64,000 bases of DNA from the human T2T-CHM13v2.0 reference genome, Homo sapiens: the NCBI RefSeq assembly GCF_009914755.1, contig NC_060938.1. One strand, given 5' to 3'. The notes under the pieces were generated by a model. It had not been told where the DNA came from. It saw only the letters and a list, made by a program, of their open reading frames with translations, and did no database searches. The number at the start of each line of letters is the position of its first letter. The first letter of the stretch is position 1. The position numbers and the translations under genes were made by a program. Positions 42,400-57,168 of the stretch are shown here, piece after piece.

Positions 42400-42760
42400 C
42401 ACTTTAAAAACGATAGTCATTGTAACAAACAGAACTCAACAGATGGGATACATTTTTTACTAAACCCAAGGAAAGTAAATTGAAAAGTGATGCTGAGAAA
42501 CTAATCCCAAAGATAAGACAGATAAGGGGATAAAAAATATGAAATAAAAATGAAGAAACATAGTATATAGGTTGAGGGACTCCAGTACATGTCTAGTGAG
42601 AAGCCCAGACATAAAGAATGGAGTGAAAGGTGGAGAGGCCATAGCTAAAGAGATAATAGCTGATAATTTTCAGAATTGAAGAAGGACATTAGTATTCACA
42701 ATGAAAGTACACATTGAGTGCTGAGCAAAGTAAATATATGTTGAAGGGTGACAACAAGAA
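42400..42760 (+). mobile_element. Decayed L1M/HAL1 ORF1-like fragment
   Basis: AAAGAGATAATAGCTGATAATTTTCAGAATTGAAGAAGGACA. Confidence 0.5.
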
Positions 42761-45700
42761 AAACTACCTCGTAATTAGATACAAATGTACATAAGAATTT
42801 ATACCAACCAATCTCTGACACTTGCACATATTACATTTTATTAGAGTAAGTTTTGTAAATGGAATTAGAATTGTTATTATTTTCATTTATGTAGCCTCCA
42901 AAGCCCCTAGAAAAGGGCTTTGCTTATTGTAGATATGCAGTATATTTGTTGAATAAATGAAAGAAAACTTAGGGAAGAAAAATAACTTCCCTCTATCTTG
43001 CTTTCCCGTATCTGTGGTAATTAATCAGGGTATAACTGCCTCATGCTGACTTTTTCAAGTGTGAATGGGAAGGAGTGGGTGTCTGAACTTGTATCTTTCT
43101 AAATCATTTTTCATGGCTTTTCTACTCCTAAGGGAGGAATTTTTTTAGGGATCTGAGGTTAGGATGCTTTCTCTGGCTTTGTTTTGAATTCAGATCATAG
43201 CAGGTAAGAGTCTATAACTTAGTCTCACCTTCCTGAAATGACAGGCTTGGCTTTAGTGCAACTTTGTTTTTAACTGCCTGTGTCCATCCATCCAACTACT
43301 GAAGTCAAGGCACTAGGGTAGTTCGGTCTGAGGAAGATCTGAATGGAAAAACCATTTGCATTCTAAGCTTTCATCAGTGAAAAGCAATGTGGTTTCCTCA
43401 TGTGTTGTGAAATAAAAATATGCTTTTAAGGGGACATAGTTTGTCTGCCATGACGGAGTTCCTGGACCTGCCACCCTCATGCTATTTCAAGGCCTCTCCA
43501 ATCCTGTCTTCTGTCTTGGGCGGCAGCAGCCCTCAGCTCCCAGTGAAAACCTTTTCCATATTATTTTTTATGCTGCATTTTTGCTTAAAATGCAATATTC
43601 ACGTAATTTAGGTGATAATGTAGGCATGGTTTTCCCAATATTTCCCTCATCTTTCTTCCTGATAATGAATATTTAGACTAAATCCTAATCATCTACTTTT
43701 TTAAAAATCCACTGGAATCACGATTAAAAAACTAAATTGCAGATTTCCAGGAATTTCCATCCCCCACTCCTTTCCCGTGAATTTTCCTCCTGTGGATTCC
43801 AAGGTCATTGACAGAATATTGAGCTAATCAAAAGCAAAATGTTTCAGTAGCTTTCAAACACTGATTTCAAGGGGTTGTTTGGATTTTCTCTATATTAGTA
43901 TTATGATATTTCAGGATTTCCAGTTAGATGTATGGGAAAAAATAATTTTAAATTAGTGTCTAATTAGAAACAATTAGAAACTCATTCCAATCTGTAAAAT
44001 TCAACAGGGATCTTTATTCAAAAAGCCATTAAAATCAATGTGTTATTGACAAAAAGACTTTGTATTTCCTGTCACTTACACAAAACTTTGGAATTTTCTT
44101 TCTTTGATCTTGACAATCAGTAGCTTTATCTTGTTAATCATAAAACATTTTCTTAATAGAAAGATTTATCTAAATTATGGGAAAATCAATAGTTACCTGA
44201 GCATGAATCTTTTTTTTCTCTCACTGAGGAAAAAATATGAGAAATAGAAGTGTTAGTGGCATATAGTTTACACATTTTTCTTAATAACTTGCAAATAAAT
44301 GTCACATTATTTTTGTCTATGTAGAATGCTAAATACTGTGATGTCATGGAGGGTTTTGTAGGCATAGCCCTTGATGAACAAGGTAATTTGTATGTTTGTG
44401 TGCGAGTTATACCCAGATATGATATTACACCTTAGTCCCTGTCTTTGTGGTTGCTAAAGTTATGGGTTCAAATTAGAAAAAGATGATGGTTGGGAAGAGA
44501 GGTCTTTAAAGATTGCTCACTCCTGTAATGTGTAGATAAAGACTAAATATTTTAAATCATAATCCTAATTACAGGTATCATTAATAAAATGTAACCCTCA
44601 ATCAACAATATCATATTTTATTATAGCATTGAAATAAAAAACACGGGGAAGTTGTAGCATTTCCCACTGTTAGTTTATAAATAACAATATTTAAGCATAA
44701 AATATTAAACCAACATAATTAAGGCTCTTATACCTCAAGAGTCAGTTAGCAATAATACTGAAAGTATCTATATTACTAAATGGTAGAGGAACAGACTCCC
44801 ATGTAGTCTGGCTACACTAAAATAGAAATGTCTCACTTAAAGTCGGTGCCATGTTTTCTAAGGAACCAATCAGGCTTATGCAGTTAGTTAGAATAAGATG
44901 CCTGAAGTGTGAATGTATAAAGTTGACTGTCATACACCGTGACCTCTGCAGCTCTCCAGTGCTCAGTTCATGCTTCTCTTATAAATGTAGCTTCTTGAAG
45001 GCTTGTGTGAGAGCTGTTGAGAGTGAGGGTAAATTTCCTAATATTTCTCCTGCTTCAGGTAGAGAGTTAAAAAAAAAGGGGGGGTAGGTGGGGTGGGGAG
45101 GGGCTTAAAACATTTCTTTTTTGCAGATATTTTTGGAAGGTTCAAAAGTGGAGAGGTGAAAGTCAAATATGTCACATTTCATAGTACTTGAGCAGCTGCA
45201 AATTTCCTACTATAGAAAAAAAATGATGGTCTTGTGGATGGTTCAGATGTACACCTCAAGATAATTGAAACTTTCACCAGGGGTTTTGGACTTTCTATAA
45301 GAAAAAAAAACAATAATTGGAAATTGTTCATTGTGAATACATTAGATTTCTACAGACAAAACATTCATGAAGTGCAATTATAGCTAGTATTGCTATATTA
45401 GTATGAATGTTAATAGCATGTTTGTTTTTGAAATGGGTTATGCATTCTGATAAATGTCTGCTTTAATCTAGTCATCTGTGTATCACTTGTCTAAGTACTC
45501 TCATTTAAGATGCCATATCCCTTCTTGTAGCAATAAAGGGGTAAAGCAACATTAATATTAAATAATTAGAAAAACAAAAGGGGAATGATTAAACATATTT
45601 ACATAATTGAAATAACACTGTGTCGCAGTGGGAAATCGGGACAATGTTGTCTCCTTTCAAAGTAATTCATAATTCAGATTTTTAATTATGGCATATTCAT

Positions 45701-47844
45701 TCATTTAAAGATGATTCTGGATGAGAGGGCCACTAATGAAATACAATCATTAGCATCTAAACAAAGTAATTTACAAAGTCTCCTTTAGGGGAAAAGATTT
45801 CTAGAACATCATCAATCACACAAGATATGCAAAAACAAGCAATTAAACCACACACAAGAACTACAACAGCCTTATATATCAGTAATGTACACATGAAAAC
45901 ATAACTGATTACAATGATTAGACTAGGGTAGTGTGGTTAATTTGTATTTTATGTAGTGATTCCATGGAAGAATGCACCCGGACAGACACATTACACACAA
46001 GAGGAACTTCGTTTCATTCATACATACTTAAAACACATTACCAAAACTCCCCAAAAAATCCCACCTTGAAATTTGAGTCATTTCCTGGACATCCATGTGG
46101 GACCAAAATTCTGCCCAGTTTAATAAAACATCTTCCTTTCTCTTGCCCCTGTTTTTGCCTGCCGCCTGCTTTTATAAACTGGCAAAATGTGGAATTAGGA
46201 GAGTATTTTGTGAGAGGCAGGTGTTACATTGGTTTCTCATTATTTGCTCAAATCCTGCTTTAGGGTTCCAGTGACAAAGTGCTTCCTGCCCTCACGGGGT
46301 CAGTGATTTACTGGCTCTTCCTCCACATACACAAGTATGGATCATTAAGCATGCAGCAGGCCTAACTGGATAGTATGATTCTCTGACTTTTAATGCCTGT
46401 ATACAGTATCTTGTTAACTGTACCCACAAAGGGGCTGGTTTCAAACACTGCTCCTATGGGCCGAATTCTAATCTTGTTGAAAACCTGCACTACTTCCTTC
46501 TGCCGGCTGTTTTTTCTTTGTGAAGGTAGAAGAAAGGCTTTGGTGTCAAAGGAGAAGAAATTAGAAGAGTGCTGTTGTGTGGGGAGGGGGTACTCTACTG
46601 AGGAGCTGGCACCCCGGTGTAGGCTGAGCTGCCTTTGATAACCACCAGCTACAGAAGCCAAAATATGCTCTATTTAGTACTCGAAAGATAAAAATACTGG
46701 TTAATTTTCAACAGTGCTCCTTCATTTGACTTTACAATTCACAACAGTGAACATTAATGCAGGAATGGCTTGGTTGAGGAGGAGTTTAAAATTAGAGCCC
46801 CTCTTCTCATTAGCCCCAACAGCCTGACCCAGGGTGACTGAGAAGCAATTTGTCGCCAGATTCTCATTTTTCTCCTGTTATGGCTCCTTGTAAATGAAGC
46901 GCGGCAATTTATTGTAGCACCTCTAGGAGTCAAGAACATAATGTGTAAAACACATACAAAAAAATCTTTCTTCACATTCATTAACACCCGGCACATAGAG
47001 GCTGTTCACTTTTCCCTCTAATGAAGGAGGGGGATCTTAAATCTGAAGCTTTCCATCAAGTGAAGAAGTCCTCTTCAGGCCATTAGACAGAGGCTGAGTT
47101 GGATTGAAGAAAGGTCATTGACAAAAACCGAGAATGGCAATACGAGGAAAAATAGAAAATGGATAAAAGGAGAGACTTTACAAGCCTCAAAGAATGGAGA
47201 GTACATTTTTGGCATCAATGATCAACCCTTCTCGTCTCCCAGTGTGTTTTCTGTTGTCAGTGAAGAAAAGAATATCTGGCTTTTTATTTAGCTGGAAATT
47301 GCTCTAGTGTTTGGTCAATTCTCATTTCTTCACCCTTGATCTGACCTTGCAAGAGGCATTAAGTTCGGTTCATTTGAAGAGTGTATTGTCTGTGATCTTT
47401 AAAACATGTCTGCTTCTTGCCCCTACCCCCGGGCTTTAAAAAAATTGTAGTGTCCATGGTTTTAATGCATTCTGATCATGTAATAGGGTGCTCTCTCCCA
47501 GGGCTGGCCGTGTGCTTTTATCTTACTTGCGTGATTAATTCTGATTAATGATTTTGTTGTGTGGGGGTCCCACAAACTGTGCCTCCAGATGAACCTAATA
47601 ACAAATTACTATACTGAGAAAATTGCAAGAGAGTCTGGGAGTCCTCATCTGGATAAGATGCTGAACGTTGGTGTCTAGTGTACTCAGATGCTCTTCCCTA
47701 CTTTATAATGTACTGATAGGCACTCAATATTTCTGGTAATAATGGTGGTCTTTTAAAATTCATTTCAGAAAAGTAAAACTTTGAGTTTGTAGAACCAGAT
47801 GAAAATGTCAGTAAAATCTGACAGATTTTCTTTTGAGAGTTTCT

Positions 47845-48142
47845 TGAGTGTCTATATTAAGTGCCAGCCAGGTACCGTGCCAGGCAGATAGCATGAACTA
47901 AGTTGCTCCTCACAACACCATATGAGCATATGAAAATAGAAAGAGGAGATTACATATAGTAATATGGAGTCCAGATATTATTATCTTCCTTCCTCCTCAC
48001 TATGCAGATGAGGAAATTGAGGCACAGGGAGGTTAAATTACACGCTGAAACTAATAGTTAGAAAGGGGCTGAGCCAGGATTCCCGCCCAGGTTGTATTTT
48101 GCCAAAGCCTGCACACATCCTCTTGGCCTTACGAACTACCAC
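47845..48142 (-). mobile_element. MIR
   Basis: CAGATGAGGAAATTGAGGCACAGGGAGGTTAAAT. Confidence 0.75.
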
Positions 48143-49234
48143 TGAGGGCACTTTTTGTTCTAAACTCCAATAACACCTGCCTCTTCTTGTTTCAATTAAA
48201 CTTAACAAACATCTTTTTTTTATGCTACACATTAAAATTTTCTCTTTAAACTATTGAGGTTTACAGTACTAAGGTTCTTAAAATTCTATTTTACTGAATG
48301 TATCAAATTTATTTTAGGGAATTTAATAATACCGTCTCTTTTCTGCTTAACCCAAATAGTCAACTTTCATTTTTATGTTGCTTTATTCTTCTATTGTTTA
48401 TCCTTCTTAATCTTACTCTTAGTATATCTGATACTTGGTTTGACTTGCTATATAGTCAATTGATCTTCGGTTTTTAATATTTTATTTGTCCTTATTTATA
48501 AAAGTAATGTCTACTGACCAAATATGGTTAATATTTGAAGGACAAAATTTGACAGTTAAAAAAGGTGAAATTAAAGAAAATTTGAGAAGAATTCAACCAC
48601 ATTGTTCTGGCTTTTGGGTCTTCAGTCAGCACCCAAGTAGAACAGGCTGGTGGCACTGTCTGGTATTCATAGCTCATTCCTAGATGGGATCTCAGATTTT
48701 ACCTGGGCATCTACTGCCACCCGAAAACTCCATGAGATACAGACCTCAGCAACTTAACAGTGAAAGAACATTAGATGGTTCAAATGGCACAGCTGAATGT
48801 CAGTGCCACCTCGTGATTGTGATTGCACACATCTTTCAAAGTTCAGCCGGACTGTAAGTTCCACATGGAAGGGAGGGTGTCAGTCTTACTGTGTTCCTAA
48901 GGGCAGAGCATAGTACCTACCAACCAGTAGACACACAAGTTATTATCGATGGCAAAATTCTTCTTTAACTAAAGGAGGCCTGGAGTGTCTGCTCTCTATA
49001 GGCTTTAGATAAACTTGAGCACATGTGCATTAGCCAGAAACTGATGGTCAACATTTTCTGATTGCTTATTATTTTACTTAGAACCATTCAATTACTTTTG
49101 AATTGCTGTCACGTCCTCCCATAATTCTTATTTTCTTCAATGGCATGTGATTCTTTGGGGGACAAGAAGTTTTTCCGTATAATGCTTTGTGTATAGTAAG
49201 CACTAAATAAAAATTATGGATTGATACTCTAAAC

Positions 49235-49390
49235 ATTTATTCATCCTTTGATTGACTCAGAAAACATATATTTGGAACTACTGTATGCTGCCAGGCTCTG
49301 AGCTAGGTGTTGGAGATAAAAAGATGAAAAATTCATCTTCTTAATAAGCTCAAGAATAGTGGGGAGAGACAAATACATAAACAGATGCAA
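49235..49390 (-). mobile_element. L2 3' end
   Basis: CATTTATTCAT...AAACATATATTTGGAAC...TGCCAGGCTCTGAGCTAGGTGTTGGAGATA. Confidence 0.6.
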
Positions 49391-49775
49391 AAATGGAGTT
49401 TCTTCACTGATGGTATTCCATGCTGAGCAGCCACAAGCTCTGTTTACACATCCAGTATTCAGGACTGTGGAGTTGCTATAGTCAATTGAGCTTTGGTTTT
49501 TGGATAATTGACTGGATTTATTTCTCACCTTCCAAAAATCTGCTTTAGTGTGAAGACGCCAGGATACAGATTATGAAGTCAATCATGCTGAGAGTTTGAA
49601 ACAAATACATTCAATATCTTCAGAATTGTTCCACTCAGTTAAATCTTTATTCAATTTCTATATGATGTCACTTGGGTATTTGAAGGCTGTTTTCAGGTCC
49701 CCATAAGGTCTTCCCTCTTCTAGTTCATTCGGCTTTATTTCATATTTCCCACTACTGTAAAACATGAAGACCATA

Positions 49776-50640
49776 AGAGGCAAATTTATAGTGAAGCTAA
49801 ATTTTAAGGTACCTCACTCACATAGGGCCCTAGAGATGTGCTCACATGGGCATATATCTTTGTAAAAGTGCTTTCCCTTTCCACTTGGAGTTCCCATTGG
49901 TCACACTTCCCCTCAGGTAGAGTATTGTCATGATGGCCTTGAACATTTCTGGGGTGTGACTAAGGGAAAATGGATTTGGACATGCATATTGTCTGGATTC
50001 AGTGGGATCCATTTATGTGGCTTGAAGTCACTTCTGCGTATACTTAAGTTATTCCAGCTACTGTAATCCTGATTTGAAATTTGAAATGAAACATGAAATT
50101 CCAAGGAATACTGAATAGCCAAAACAGCCTTGATAAAGAAGAAAGTTGGAAGACTCACATTTCTTGATTTCAAAACTTATTACAAAGCTACAGTAGTCAA
50201 ACAGTGTAGCAATGGCGTAAGGAGAGACATAAACCAATGAAATAGAATTGAGAACTTAGAAACAAACCCTCACATATGTGGTAATTGGTTTCCAACAGGA
50301 GCAACAAGACCATTCAATGGTTTCTTCAACAGATAGTTCTAGGAAAACTGAGCACCCATATGCCAAAGTACCACCAAAGTATTCTTCAGGCAGTAAATAG
50401 GTGGAAAAGTATTGTAGAGGTGTATCGAGGCCTTACGTAATATAAATATTATGTTATTATAATGGATTTTGTGGTACCTTGGTAACTTTTCCAAATTTAA
50501 TATTTCTTATTCTAAATAAATATCTACTTTCATATCTAATTTTCTCCTTATAAGTATTTTTCTTAAAGAAATCCCTTTTCTCTACACCAATTGTATAAGC
50601 TCCCTAAAATCTGGCTCCCTAAAATCTGGATTTGCATCTA
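49776..50640 (+). mobile_element. Arthur1/MER69-like hAT-Tip100 fossil containing an L1 fragment
   Basis: Left end AGAGGCAAATTTATAGTGAAGCTAA; right end TGTATAAGCT...AAAATCTGGATTTG. Confidence 0.6.
50077..50367 (+). mobile_element. Internal L1 ORF2 fragment (no 3' end)
   Basis: GAATAGCCAAAACA...AAAGTTGGAAGACTCACATTTCTTGATTTCAAAACTTATTACAAAGCTACAGTA. Confidence 0.8.
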
Positions 50641-51107
50641 GAGATCAGGCAGGATCTCCACTAATCCACGTAGCACATGGCATGACACATGAACCAGTTG
50701 AATTTCAGGCGCTCCCTCCCTGGGCTGGGTGACCTCACACAAAGTCCATATTATCAGTTCTACACAGCAGCCCTGTCACCTGCTATATATGATGTTTTGA
50801 GTGGGTTTGATCTCAGTAAAAAGTAAAACTACCTTCTTCTAGACACCACAGTTCTAATATGAATCTTCAAAAGACTTAATGACTGTAGTTTGGGCATTGA
50901 GGCAATTAAGCACTCTGTGATTTTATAAATTTAAAAAAATTTATTGAGTACCTGCTCTGTTCAAGGTCCTGTAAGAACCAAAAAGATGAGTGAGACCAAA
51001 TTTCTCCCTCAAGTCATAGTTTAGCAGGGCTGCTAAGACATATTTATAACTTAGTACTATATCATAAACAGTGACACCTCCCAGAGAGGCTCCGAGGAAG
51101 CATGATG

Positions 51108-51243
51108 GGTAGAGTGATACTATCAAGTATTGTCTAAACTGGCACACTCTGAGAGTGAAAGAAGATGCTATTAATAATTATGCTAAGACCACAGACATAA
51201 AGTGGGGCAGCCCTGGGCACACCAGGACCAAGCAGTCATCTGG
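51108..51243. mobile_element. MER81 (hAT-Blackjack)
   Basis: GTCTAAACTGGCACACTCTGAGAGTGAAAGAAGATGCTATTAATAATTATGC. Confidence 0.65.
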
Positions 51244-52230
51244 TTATGGAGAATAGTAGTTGAGGAAAAATCACAGTGGAAAGAGGAATCCATGTTAGAT
51301 ATAGAAACTGAGGCCAGAGAACCAGCGGGTTACAGACATGTGAAGTAACAGATCATAGACTTCTGATCACGACTTGTCTCAAGGTTGACAAGACCATGGT
51401 GCTCCCGATGCCTCAGAGAAATGTTCATTGTACGTTATGACAGTGAAAAAACTCAGACAGACACTAATAAGATTACATATCTCTGAGTAGTCTCTATTCT
51501 GAAGTCACACATCAAAAAATATTTTTCAGCAGTGGTCAAAAGCATTTTCTTAAGAGAGAATGTTTTCTGATCAAATTCGGTTTTAAAATTGTAACATACT
51601 GTCTGTCCTACCTTTATCAGGTTGTCTGCAACCTGATTAGTTGCTTAAAATATTATTATTTCCCTGTGTTCAACCCACATGTCTCAAAGGACAGGGCTGA
51701 GAGCAACCAATCAAAACCCAGGGTTTGGAAATGGCCAAGTATCATGAGGAATAATCCATGGACTATTTTAGATACGAAAATTCTGACAGCTTGTTCTTGT
51801 GACAAAGATGTTAACAAGGAAAGAAAATGGCACTAATTTAATCTATTCTTATAGTTCATTCTAAAATGAGACTAGCATGACACCAAGTTATAATAATAAA
51901 TACTATAGTAATTTCACAATTCTTCCTACATGCTGTTCACAGTCCTTTCACATGCAAATATGCCATCCATTGCCTCATGACAGCAATTTTAAGTGCATTA
52001 AAGAATTCTGAATCTTCTTCTTTTTTTTTATACTTTAAGTTCTAGGGTACATGTGCACAATGTGCAGGTTTGTTACATATGTATACATGTGCCGTGTTGG
52101 TGTGCTACACCCAGTAACTCCTCATTTACATTAGGTATATCTCCTAATGCTATACCTCCCCCCTCCCCCCACCCCACGACAGGCCCCGGTGTGTGATGTT
52201 CCCCTTCCTGTGTCCAAGTGTTCTCATTGC

Positions 52231-55271
<3,041 letters not shown>

Positions 55272-55334
55272 TATGATGTTAGCTGGTTATTTTGCTCATT
55301 AGTTGATGCAGTTTCTTCCTAGCCTCGATGGTCT

Positions 55335-56347
55335 TCACAATTTGGCATGTTTTTGCAGTGGCTGGTACCGGTTGTTCCTTTCCATGTTTAGTGCTTCCTT
55401 CAGGACCTCTGTAGGGCAGTCCTGGTGGTGACAAAATCTCTCAGCATTTGCTTGTCTGTAAAGGATTTTATTTCTCCTTCACTTATGAAGCTTAGTTTGG
55501 CTGGATATGAAATTCTGGGTTGAAAATTCTTTTCTTTAAGAATGTTGAATATTGGCCCCCACTCTCTTCTGGCTTGTAGAGTTTCTGCTGAGAGATCCGC
55601 TGTTAGTCTGATGAGCTTCCCTTTGTGGGTAACCCAATCTTTCTCTCTGGCTGCCCTTAACATTTTTTCCTTCATTTCAACTTCAATGAATCTGACAATT
55701 ATGTGTCTTGGAGTTGCTCTTCTTGAGGAGTACTTTGTGGCATTCTCTGTATTTCCTGAATTTGAATCTTGGCCTGCCTTGCTAGGTTGGGGAAGTTCTC
55801 CTGGATAATATCCTGCAGTGTTTTCCAACTTGGTTCCATTCTCCCCCTCACTTTCAGGTACACCAATGAGGTGTGGATTTGGTCTTTTCACATAGTCCCA
55901 TATTTCTTGGAGGCTTTGTTCATTTCCTTTTACTCTTTTTTCTCTAAACTTCTCATCTCGCTTCATTTCATTCATTTGATCTTCAATCACTGATACCGTT
56001 TCTTCCAGTTGATCGAATCGGTTACTGAAGCTTGCACATTCATCACGTAGTTCTCGTGCCATGGTTTTCAGCTCCGTCAGGTCATTTAAGGACTCCTCTA
56101 CACTGGTTATTCTGGTTAGCCATTCGTCTAATCTTTTCTCAAGGTTTTTAGCTTCTTTGTGATGGGTTCCAACTTCCTCCTGTAGCTTGGAGTAGTTTGA
56201 TCATCTGAAGCCTTCTTCTCTCAACTTGTCAAAGTCATTCTCCATCCAGCTTTGTTCCATTGCTGGTGAGGAGCTGCATTCCTTTGGAGGGGGAGAGGCA
56301 CTCTGATTTTTAGAATTTTCAGCTTTTCTGTTCTGTTTTTTCTCCAT
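55335..56347 (-). pseudogene. L1 ORF1, disrupted
   Basis: Peptides EQSLQEIWDYVKRPN, RRATPRHIIVRF and NFQPRISYPAKLSF. Stops and frameshifts break the frame. Confidence 0.9.
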
Positions 56348-56922
56348 CTTTGTGGTTTTGTCTACCTTTGGTCTTTGATGATGGTGACATACAGATGGGG
56401 TTTTGGTCTGGATGTCCTTTTTGTTTGTTAGTTTTCCTTCTAACAGTCAGGACCCTCAGCTGCAGGTCTGTTGGAGTTTGCTGGAGGTCCACTCCAGACC
56501 CTGTTTGCCTGGGTATCAGCAGTGGAGGCTGCAGAACAGGAAATATTGCTGAACAACAAATGTTGCTGCCTGACCCTTCCTCTGGAAGCTTGATCTCAGA
56601 GGGGTACCCAGCCGTGTGCAGTGTCAGTCTGCCCCTACTGGGGGGTGTCTCCCATTTAGGCTACTTGGGGGTCAGGGACCCACTTGAGGAGGCAGTCTCT
56701 CTGTTCTCAGATCTTAAATTCCGCACTGAGAGAACCACTACTGTCTTCAATGCTGTCAGAAAGGGACATTTAAATCTGCAGAGGTTTCTGCTGCCTTTTG
56801 TTTGGCTATGCCCTGCCCCCAGAGGTGGAGTCTACAGAGGCAGGCAGGCCTCCTTGAGCTGAGGTGGGCTCCACCCAGTTTGAGCTTCCCTGCTGCTTTG
56901 TTTACCTACTCAAGCCTCAGCA

Positions 56923-57168
56923 ATGGTGGGTGCCCCTCTCCCAGACTCGCTGCCACCTTGCAGTTCGATCTCAGACTGCTGTGCTAGCAATGAGCGAGGC
57001 TCCGTGGGTGTAGGACCCTCCAGGCCATGCATGGGATATAATCTCCTGGTGTGCCGTTTGCTAAGACCATTGGAAAAGTGCAGTATTAGGGTGGGAGTGA
57101 CCCGATTTTCCAGGTGCTGTCTGTCACGGCTTCCCTTGGCTAGGAAAGGGAATTCCCTGACCCCTTGA
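56923..57168 (+). CDS. LINE-1 ORF0 homolog (antisense 5'UTR ORF), intact, 81 aa
   Basis: MVGAPLPDSLPPCSSISDCCASNERGSVGVGPS...IRVGVTRFSRC aligns with primate L1 ORF0 as I recall it (MAGAPPPASLPPCSLISDCCASNQRDSVGVGPS...). The ATG is in a GCAATGG context. Expression is unknown. Confidence 0.6.
   Translation: MVGAPLPDSLPPCSSISDCCASNERGSVGVGPSRPCMGYNLLVCRLLRPLEKCSIRVGVTRFSRCCLSRLPLARKGNSLTP

Noticed and set aside
45931-46996. 80-110 aa ORFs in the transposon-free block
   Set aside because: No domain similarity, mostly non-ATG starts and no consistent exon structure.
56350-56862. 170-aa + strand ORF
   Set aside because: It is an antisense read of the L1 5'UTR with a non-ATG start in the track, common to L1PA copies, with no independent evidence of coding.
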